A stretch of DNA of 5,093 bases from a virus: the IMG/VR virus record IMGVR_UViG_3300038728_000007, positions 1 to 5,093 of that record, one strand, 5' to 3'. The position numbers and the translations under genes are program-made. Positions 1 through 4,426 of this stretch are shown one piece after another. Each line of letters begins with the position of its first letter. The stretch's first letter is position 1. The notes beneath the pieces are model-generated. The model saw only the letters and a program-made list of their open reading frames with translations. It made no database searches and was not told the DNA's origin.

Positions 1-127
1 ACTTTCCACCGGAACAGGATCTTCATATACATCATACATTGTCAGCCACTTTTTCGACATACTCATCACCTCGCAGAATTACAGGAATCGGAATACCAGC
101 TTCATCAGCTTCTACCAGCACATTATC
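1..127. repeat. Terminal direct repeat, copy A. It is the assembly overlap of a circular genome with unit length 4966 nt, and it duplicates the 5' end of VP3 and the 3' end of the 98-aa ORF.
   Basis: Base-by-base comparison shows 1..127 is identical to 4967..5093 (offset 4966). The match runs to the last base of the window, so its true extent is set by the window edges. Confidence 0.95.
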
Positions 128-328
128 AGCATTTACAAACATAAGGCCATCAAAACGACCGACCAAACGGAACGAATACTCTTTAGGTTCACCGACAGCG
201 ATCTGAGCCACGAGGCTCTTGAACACACGTTCTGACCACTCAGCGCCAGGCAGCACATAATACTGCATAGCATTCTGACTAACCTCATCATAGAAACAAT
301 ACACTACATCAACAATTCCATTTCTCAT
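32..328 (-). CDS. Hypothetical acidic 98-aa protein. It sits between the J-like gene and VP3, the slot often labelled VP5 or nonstructural in gokushoviruses. Function not recognisable from sequence.
   Basis: ATG at 328..326 is preceded by GAGGAGG with 9 nt spacing. The start overlaps the upstream stop as ATGA (328..325). The 3' end overlaps the VP3 start by 29 nt. Composition is protein-like and rich in D/E. No motif I can name. Confidence 0.7.
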   Translation of the reverse strand: MRNGIVDVVYCFYDEVSQNAMQYYVLPGAEWSERVFKSLVAQIAVGEPKEYSFRLVGRFDGLMFVNADNVLVEADEAGIPIPVILRGDEYVEKVADNV

Positions 329-444
329 AATCTTATACCTCCTCTGTATAATAACGGGCGCACATTCATTTTTTTAGTGCGATCAGCAGTTTTGCGAAAA
401 ATCTGTCTGTCTTTTCCTTTTGAATTCATTTTTTTACCAGCCAT
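325..444 (-). CDS. Small basic DNA-binding/packaging protein, 39 aa, analogous to phiX174 J (gokushovirus ORF8/VP8-like).
   Basis: ATG at 444..442 has AAAGGAGA upstream, with 7 nt from GGAG to the ATG. Product is MAGKKMNSKGKDRQIFRKTADRTKKMNVRPLLYRGGIRL: a K/R-rich N-terminal part and a hydrophobic C-terminal ..LLYRGGIRL that resembles the phiX174 J C-terminus ..ARLWYVGGQQF. The 62-aa track version starts at a TTG (513) upstream of a promoter-like element, so the shorter form is preferred. Confidence 0.7.
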   Translation of the reverse strand: MAGKKMNSKGKDRQIFRKTADRTKKMNVRPLLYRGGIRL

Positions 445-469
445 ATACATTCTCCTTTCTTTTTTCTCA

Positions 470-497
470 ATCATATACCCGGGGGGGGTACTGTCAA
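470..497 (-). promoter_or_regulatory. Sigma70/SigA-type promoter candidate for the J-like / ORF98 / VP3 / VP1 gene block.
   Basis: Minus strand reads TTGACA (497..492), a 16-nt spacer GTACCCCCCCCGGGTA, then TATGAT (475..470). The SD and ATG of the J-like gene follow about 15-25 nt downstream. The spacer contains a C8 run (plus-strand G8 at 481..488). Confidence 0.45.
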
Positions 498-519
498 GTA
501 AAATTTTGCGCAATTTAAT

Positions 520-543
520 AAGCCTAGGATTTTTCCTAGGCTT
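520..543. other. Perfect 10-bp stem-loop (AAGCCTAGGA / TCCTAGGCTT, 4-nt loop). Each arm contains a CCTAGG palindrome.
   Basis: Pairing checked base by base from 520-543 through 529-534, with loop 530..533. It lies just upstream (minus sense) of the promoter candidate and downstream of VP4. On the minus strand it is followed by TTATTAAATT, so it is a possible weak terminator or ssDNA structure. Confidence 0.6.
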
Positions 544-554
544 TCATATCATAT

Positions 555-584
555 ATTATACATAATTGCTATAGTATGAGCACA
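555..584 (-). other. dif/cer-like XerC/XerD recombination site candidate (possible attP).
   Basis: Minus strand reads TGTGCTCATAC-TATAGCAA-TTATGTATAAT. Against E. coli dif (GGTGCGCATAA-TGTATA-TTATGTTAAAT) the left arm matches 8/11 and the right arm 9/11, with an 8-bp central region as in cer rather than 6 bp. Located in a non-coding spacer. Confidence 0.3.
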
Positions 585-623
585 TATTAGTCATGCTATC
601 GCACAACTAACGCATTTAGCTTG

Positions 624-646
624 AGTCTCAGCTAATGGCTGAGACT
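624..646. other. 9-bp stem-loop (AGTCTCAGC / GCTGAGACT, loop TAATG) starting 3 nt beyond the VP4 stop codon.
   Basis: Inverted repeat 624..632 / 638..646 verified by eye. VP4 stop TAA is at 651..649. There is no U-run after it on the coding strand, so it is not a canonical intrinsic terminator. Confidence 0.6.
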
Positions 647-648
647 AA

Positions 649-1671
649 TTAAATATTAGGACGGATCAACATTTTTCCACGGAACTCTTTCGCTTGTTCG
701 TCAATTGCCAACTGTTCGAAATAATCTAATTCTGTTGCATATTCCTTAATTTCCTGTAACATCTTAGCAATTTCCACACGATTCTCTGATAACTTCTCAT
801 ATTCTTGTGGAAAGTCGCGCTCAAAGAACGGATCAAAATACCGAGGAATTGGAGCAGTAAGTCCATCCGGCATCTGAACATAACCTTGTGAAAGCATATC
901 TTTCGCATGAGCATCATAGTATTCCTTACCAATACCTGGACGTCGAGACATAGTGGAATATTCCGGCTCAATACCGAGATCGTCATAGATATGAGCATCC
1001 GTTCCCTTATGCTTCTTGAGCATATACCGGGCAACATAAGCACATGATTTCCAACATACATCTGCAACAACATTATATCCATAAGTCCAGAGCTTGTTGA
1101 GAGTCAAGCTATACCAATACTTGTTACCAGAAAACGAATTCTTAAGGAAGACTAGATCGTTTTCCGGCGGTATCCAATCATACACAATTAAGTGATAATG
1201 AGGTCTGTGAGTTTCTGATCCATACTCACCAGCAAGAAAATAACGTATCTTAATATCTGTCCTTGTTGACTGCTCTTTACGAAGACGTTTCAGAAAATTA
1301 GTTACATCTTCTGGGACAAGCGTATAAGCTAACTTATTACCACGAGTAATATGGTCATCATCATAAGTAAGAGTAAGAAAAAACGCTGTTTGATGGCACT
1401 GTAACTCTAACATAAGTCGAGTAGCCCATCTACGAGAGTAATCTAGACGGCATCCGATGCACTGACCGCATGGAATCATGAACGTTTCCAACTTGCGCCA
1501 GTTTCCAGTTTCTGCTGGATAATCAGACGTATAGAATACATCTGGTTTAGATCTATTTTGATATACATATTTATTCCCGGTTGTTGCTTCCGGGAAAACT
1601 TTTACTTGATTTTTTCCATTGGCTGTCTTAATATTAGTATAAGCGCCACGAAGAGGATGAAAACATGCCAT
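649..1671 (-). CDS. VP4: Replication initiation protein VP4 (HUH rolling-circle endonuclease, phiX174 gpA-like), 340 aa from the preferred start.
   Basis: Motifs seen: FFLTLTY (RCR motif 1), HYHLIVY (HUH, nt 1192..1200), a paired-tyrosine motif YVARY (Tyr codons 1036..1038 and 1024..1026) with the same Y-x-x-x-Y spacing as the phiX174 gpA catalytic tyrosines, and a CGQCIGC cysteine cluster. The N-terminus MACFHPL from ATG 1671 is typical of gokushovirus VP4 and has GAAAGGA 8 nt upstream. The longer ORF to 1740 has no SD, and its extra 23 codons cover a stem-loop plus homopolymer run. Confidence 0.93.
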   Translation of the reverse strand: MACFHPLRGAYTNIKTANGKNQVKVFPEATTGNKYVYQNRSKPDVFYTSDYPAETGNWRKLETFMIPCGQCIGCRLDYSRRWATRLMLELQCHQTAFFLTLTYDDDHITRGNKLAYTLVPEDVTNFLKRLRKEQSTRTDIKIRYFLAGEYGSETHRPHYHLIVYDWIPPENDLVFLKNSFSGNKYWYSLTLNKLWTYGYNVVADVCWKSCAYVARYMLKKHKGTDAHIYDDLGIEPEYSTMSRRPGIGKEYYDAHAKDMLSQGYVQMPDGLTAPIPRYFDPFFERDFPQEYEKLSENRVEIAKMLQEIKEYATELDYFEQLAIDEQAKEFRGKMLIRPNI

Positions 1672-1698
1672 ATACAAAATCCTTTCAATGTGGACTTT

Positions 1699-1728
1699 AG
1701 AGGACTTTCGCAGAGTCCTCTTTTTTTT
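1699..1728 (+). terminator. Intrinsic-terminator-like stem-loop with a T8 run, oriented on the plus strand (antisense to all genes).
   Basis: AGAGGACT (1699..1706) pairs with AGTCCTCT (1714..1721) across a 7-nt loop. The T-run 1721..1728 follows immediately. It lies 13 nt upstream (minus sense) of the VP4 SD. Confidence 0.4.
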
Positions 1729-1737
1729 GGAGTACAT

Positions 1738-1767
1738 CATGCATCTTAGGATGCATGGCTCTTTTTT
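1738..1767 (+). terminator. Second plus-oriented stem-loop with a T-run.
   Basis: CATGCATC (1738..1745) pairs with GATGCATG (1750..1757), loop TTAG, followed by GCTCTTTTTT (T6 at 1762..1767). Confidence 0.35.
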
Positions 1768-1773
1768 AATTTG

Positions 1774-1806
1774 AGTTGTCCGCGTAGCGCGTACAACTGT
1801 TTTTTT
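1774..1806 (+). terminator. Third plus-oriented, GC-rich stem-loop with a T7 run.
   Basis: AGTTGT-C-CGCG (1774..1784) pairs with CGCG-T-ACAACT (1788..1798): 10 bp with one C/T mismatch and loop TAG. It is followed by G plus T7 (1800..1806). Confidence 0.4.
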
Positions 1807-1817
1807 GGTGTCAGTCC

Positions 1818-1846
1818 GACCAGTTACATCAAGTAGGTAACTGGTC
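1818..1846. other. Perfect 10-bp stem-loop 12 nt beyond the VP2 stop.
   Basis: GACCAGTTAC (1818..1827) pairs with GTAACTGGTC (1837..1846) across a 9-nt loop. No T-run on either strand. Confidence 0.6.
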
Positions 1847-1857
1847 TGGGCTATCGG

Positions 1858-2562
1858 CTACCCGAAAATTCTACCAAGCAATCCAGCAGCAGAACCAGCA
1901 AGTGAGCCGATCAAACTCATATTCTGACCACGTTTTGTGGTCTTAGAATTGACATTAGTAGCATATCGAGATGCACCAGAACTCTTATTGCTGGAATATT
2001 TGGTACCAGCGTATCCCATTTGAGAAGCATATCGAGATCCGGCATAACTCATATTAGCAGCATACCGAGAAGCATTCGCAGAATTAAGACTAGCGAACCG
2101 AGACGCTTCTGCTTGAATGTTAGCAGCTTGTAAAGCTGTAGCTTGATGAATGCGAGCAGCTTCGAGAGTAGCATCTCTCTGCATCTGAGCAATAGCTTGC
2201 TGATTTGCGTTATTCTGTTGATTGACAATAATACTTGTCAGCGCAGGAACAACAGAATTATCAGTTTCACCTTTCGCACCGGATGCAGTAGCTCCTGATC
2301 CGGTTTGAGCACCAGAACCTCCAGCACTAAGAACCGGATTAAGTCCGGCTTTCTGGAGATCAAGAACCTCTCTTTGATGAGCAGTCGAAGACTGTTGCGC
2401 TTGCCAATCTCTATTTTTCTGTGCTTCAGCAGAGTTAAAGCGCATTTCTTCACGCGCGAATTCCTGAGACTTCGCGGTATTCTGAGAAGCAATATTTGAT
2501 AACTGATTAGACAATTGATCAGTAGTCATTGTATCACATCCTTTCGAGGTAATACAAGCCAT
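1858..2562 (-). CDS. VP2: DNA pilot / minor capsid protein VP2 (functional analogue of phiX174 H), 234 aa, or 223 aa from the alternative start.
   Basis: Contains the block STAHQREVLDLQKAGLNPVLSAGG that I recognise as the conserved core of gokushovirus VP2. It also has a Gly/Ser/Ala-rich linker, Q/A-rich helical segments, a repetitive C-terminal part and a terminal hydrophobic Gly-rich helix (MSLIGSLAGSAAGLLGRIFG). Start is ambiguous: ATG 2562 has AAGGTGG 12 nt upstream, and ATG 2529 has AAAGGA about 9 nt upstream. Confidence 0.88.
   Translation of the reverse strand: MACITSKGCDTMTTDQLSNQLSNIASQNTAKSQEFAREEMRFNSAEAQKNRDWQAQQSSTAHQREVLDLQKAGLNPVLSAGGSGAQTGSGATASGAKGETDNSVVPALTSIIVNQQNNANQQAIAQMQRDATLEAARIHQATALQAANIQAEASRFASLNSANASRYAANMSYAGSRYASQMGYAGTKYSSNKSSGASRYATNVNSKTTKRGQNMSLIGSLAGSAAGLLGRIFG
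1954..2109 (-). repeat. Degenerate tandem repeat of about 33 nt (11 aa) inside VP2, five units with core SR[YF]A / TKYS.
   Basis: Plus-strand 11-mer GCATATCGAGA occurs at 1961 and 2026, GCATACCGAGA at 2060 and GCGAACCGAGA at 2093, a period of 33-34 nt with a diverged unit near 1994. Protein reads ASRFASLNSAN / ASRYAANMSYAG / SRYASQMGYAG / TKYSSNKSSGA / SRYATNVNS. Confidence 0.65.
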
Positions 2563-2639
2563 CCAGTCTGTAAACCACCTTTTTTCTAACGAAAAAAGGA
2601 AGTTGACAGACTGCCTGTCTCGTATTAATGGTTAATCAA

Positions 2640-2661
2640 GGACAGACGTGATAGTCTGTCC
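2640..2661. other. 8-bp stem-loop GGACAGAC / GTCTGTCC (loop GTGATA) in the VP1-VP2 spacer.
   Basis: Inverted repeat 2640..2647 / 2654..2661 verified. It lies 50 nt downstream of the VP1 stop in minus sense, where it is followed by TTGATTAACC. Its arms are copies of a 7-mer repeated nearby. Confidence 0.6.
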
Positions 2662-2675
2662 CTGTCGTGACATAT

Positions 2676-2704
2676 AATATAGCATAAGCATTGTATCATG
2701 TTGA
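2676..2704 (-). promoter_or_regulatory. Weak extended -10 promoter candidate upstream of VP2.
   Basis: Minus strand reads TCAACA (2704..2699), a 17-nt spacer ending in TGC, then TATATT (2681..2676), which gives a TGnTATATT extended -10. The region is AT-rich, so a chance match is plausible. Confidence 0.25.
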
Positions 2705-2710
2705 ACGATA

Positions 2711-4426
2711 TTACAGAGTGTGCAAGCCCGGGATAGAATGCACTGGCATAACTCTAGTAGTCAAGTTCTTGACGTAAAAATCACCGAATATCTGATCTGC
2801 TAATTTACTTGTAACTGCAAGCGTCCTATCCACATTTGTTTTGTCTTCTTGAATCCACGCAGAAGATAAAGTAGGTTTCTGCGCATAATAATCGGCAAAA
2901 TGCCAAGATTGTAAACTATTGGTAATACCAGAGCGCATTTCTCCAGTAACAATGCTGGTCTTGTAGCGGTAATCTGCCCAAGCTTCTTGGTAACCAAAAA
3001 CATCATCTAAACTACCAAATCCATCGTTATCGTAATAGATTTCACGACTATAAATCGGCTGTTCACCGATGTTAGCCAAAATTGGAAAATAATAATCAAG
3101 ACGATTCTTACGACTCCACATACGCTGTAAACCTTGCTGATATGTGTGATTATAACGAGCGCACATAACACCAATCACGAAACCATGTTCCGTGAAAGAT
3201 TTCACGAAACTATTATCCGTATTAGAAGTCAGAGACATAGCAGCGGTAGTACCGAGCGGAGTTTCACCAGATTCAGACTGCTGTACGATCTGGTGAACAT
3301 TAATTCGTGTACGATTAGCACTTAACAACTCTGGACGCTGTAAGCGACCATCCGGAGAGATAACTCCAAAGTGACCACGTAACAACTCGATATAACGAGA
3401 ACCTGAGCGAGCATCTGTTTCAAGCATCTGCTGAGTTGCGAAAGCAAGACGAAGACTATTCACAGTTAAATAATCAGAACTACCAGCGTCAGCAAAAAGA
3501 TTGCTAGGTGCAAGATCTAAGTCTGACGGATAATTAGAAGTATCAACAGTAGAATAAGATTTTGGAGAAATAGTAGCATAGGCTTTTTTAAAACCAGGCA
3601 AAAGAGGGGAATTACCTTTAAGTCCTATATCATATCCAATACCCTCAGAAAAATCAAAATTAGGCTGACCAGCAAAATTAAAAGTTAATGGAACAGATGA
3701 TCGATTAGAATTATCTTTCCGAGTAACAACAGGGATATCACCGAATAATGAAGAAATCGTAACATCAGCACCTTTCTGAGGTTGCGGCAAAGCAGATGTA
3801 AAATAATCATGCAATTTATTGACTTTCAAAAGCTGTCCGCCTTTTGCAGAATTAGTCTTGTCAAACTCTACATTACCGTCATCAATATCAACCAAAACTT
3901 CATCTTGAAGATTCTCGTCACGGAACCACTCATTCCAAATCAGATTATAAGCATTGATCGGCAATCTACTTATCGAAAGCACTCCAGACGGATTAACCGG
4001 AACTCCAAAATAATCCAGCAAAGACTTCTGGAGAACAGTCTTATCAGCCTTGGAAAATGTCAGCTGAGGAACTTGATATTCTACGTCAGATGTCCACGCG
4101 GAAGTGGATTCACCCATGAATTCTTTCCAATGTGTCCAACAGAGTCGAGACGGTACGAAAAAGTAATACATATCCAAAAATAAGTCGTCCATCGGAGGTG
4201 TGATAAGAGTCTGTAGACGAGTCACGAAAGAAGTCTCTACGTCAAACGTATCGCCAGGTAAAACCTCATCAAGATAAAACGGCACTAAGTCGCCAACATT
4301 GAACGAAGTCTTGATAGAAGAACTACGATCGAACCGGGATCGTGGTCTTTCCAGATCACTCTTATACGTTGAAAAATAACTGTTAGCATCAATCAGATTT
4401 TTTGAAAATGCCAACTTACTCACCAT
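2711..4426 (-). CDS. VP1: Major capsid protein VP1 (Microviridae F-protein family), 571 aa from ATG 4426. The maximal ORF starts at TTG 4447 (578 aa).
   Basis: The N-terminal block PRSRFDRSSSIKTSFNVGDLVPFYLDEVLPGDTF is the signature start of microvirus F/VP1 capsid proteins. Length matches Gokushovirinae VP1. The first codon of the track ORF is TTG with only a weak GGTG upstream. ATG 4426 sits inside the last codons of the upstream 35-aa ORF, so coupling is possible. Confidence 0.96.
   Translation of the reverse strand: MVSKLAFSKNLIDANSYFSTYKSDLERPRSRFDRSSSIKTSFNVGDLVPFYLDEVLPGDTFDVETSFVTRLQTLITPPMDDLFLDMYYFFVPSRLCWTHWKEFMGESTSAWTSDVEYQVPQLTFSKADKTVLQKSLLDYFGVPVNPSGVLSISRLPINAYNLIWNEWFRDENLQDEVLVDIDDGNVEFDKTNSAKGGQLLKVNKLHDYFTSALPQPQKGADVTISSLFGDIPVVTRKDNSNRSSVPLTFNFAGQPNFDFSEGIGYDIGLKGNSPLLPGFKKAYATISPKSYSTVDTSNYPSDLDLAPSNLFADAGSSDYLTVNSLRLAFATQQMLETDARSGSRYIELLRGHFGVISPDGRLQRPELLSANRTRINVHQIVQQSESGETPLGTTAAMSLTSNTDNSFVKSFTEHGFVIGVMCARYNHTYQQGLQRMWSRKNRLDYYFPILANIGEQPIYSREIYYDNDGFGSLDDVFGYQEAWADYRYKTSIVTGEMRSGITNSLQSWHFADYYAQKPTLSSAWIQEDKTNVDRTLAVTSKLADQIFGDFYVKNLTTRVMPVHSIPGLHTL

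Noticed and set aside
325-513. 62-aa version of the small basic ORF in the track
   Set aside because: Its first codon is TTG with no SD. The extension runs through the TTGACA/TATGAT promoter candidate and the C8 tract. The internal ATG at 444 has a well-spaced AAAGGAG, so the 39-aa form is preferred.
555-560. Perfect TATAAT on the minus strand
   Set aside because: No acceptable -35 lies at 16-18 nt (best is TGCTCA, 3/6), and the TG is not positioned for an extended -10. The hexamer is better explained as part of the Xer-like right arm or as AT-rich background.
377-565. Plus-strand 62-aa hydrophobic ORF (GTG start)
   Set aside because: It is antisense to the Lys-rich J-like gene, so AAA codons read as TTT/Phe and the hydrophobicity is an artefact. 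It has no SD and runs through the promoter and hairpin region.
531-565. Bacillus-type dif resemblance (TTCCTAG ... ATATATTAT) on the plus strand
   Set aside because: The two half-matches are about 10 nt too far apart to form a Xer site. The TTCCTAGG part belongs to the 520..543 hairpin.
726-1082. 118-aa minus-strand ORF overlapping VP4 in another frame
   Set aside because: It has an ATG but no SD, and an L/R/M-rich out-of-frame composition. Overlapping genes exist in phiX174 (B, K, E), so it cannot be excluded, but nothing in the sequence supports it.
1672-1740. N-terminal 23-codon extension of VP4 (MMYSKKKRTLRKSSKVHIERILY)
   Set aside because: There is no SD before 1740. The segment consists of an A8 run and a perfect stem-loop. 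The conserved MACFHPL N-terminus with its own SD starts at 1671.
1558-1749. Plus-strand 63-aa ORF antisense to the VP4 5' end
   Set aside because: It has no SD and a low-complexity antisense composition, and it spans a hairpin and T-run. If anything is made from this strand, a non-coding countertranscript is more plausible.
2238-2492. 84-aa basic minus-strand ORF overlapping VP2
   Set aside because: Its start codon is ATT with no SD. It looks like an out-of-frame by-product.
2305-2499. Plus-strand 64-aa ORF antisense to VP2
   Set aside because: This is a typical antisense shadow ORF with no ribosome-binding site and no recognisable motif.
2578-2599. A/T-only hairpin CCTTTTTT / AAAAAAGG overlapping the SD of the upstream VP2 start
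   Set aside because: The stem has 6 A-T and 2 G-C pairs and is thermodynamically weak. It could occlude AAGGTGG, but the evidence is too thin to call regulatory.
2603-2631. Plus-strand TTGACA followed by TATTAAT
   Set aside because: The spacings to any -10-like hexamer are 14-15 nt or give a poor hexamer (TAATGG at 17 nt). The TTGACA overlaps a GACAGAC repeat copy, which explains it better.
2800-3006. 68-aa minus-strand ORF overlapping the VP1 3' end
   Set aside because: No SD and an out-of-frame composition, with no supporting signal.
3134-3325. Plus-strand 63-aa ORF antisense to VP1
   Set aside because: Shadow ORF inside a well-supported capsid gene, with no SD.
3782-4183. Plus-strand 133-aa ORF antisense to VP1
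   Set aside because: It is the longest antisense ORF, but its composition (I/L/R/K/S-rich) is what the reverse complement of the VP1 frame would produce. It has no SD and no motif. Microviruses are not known to code on the complementary strand.
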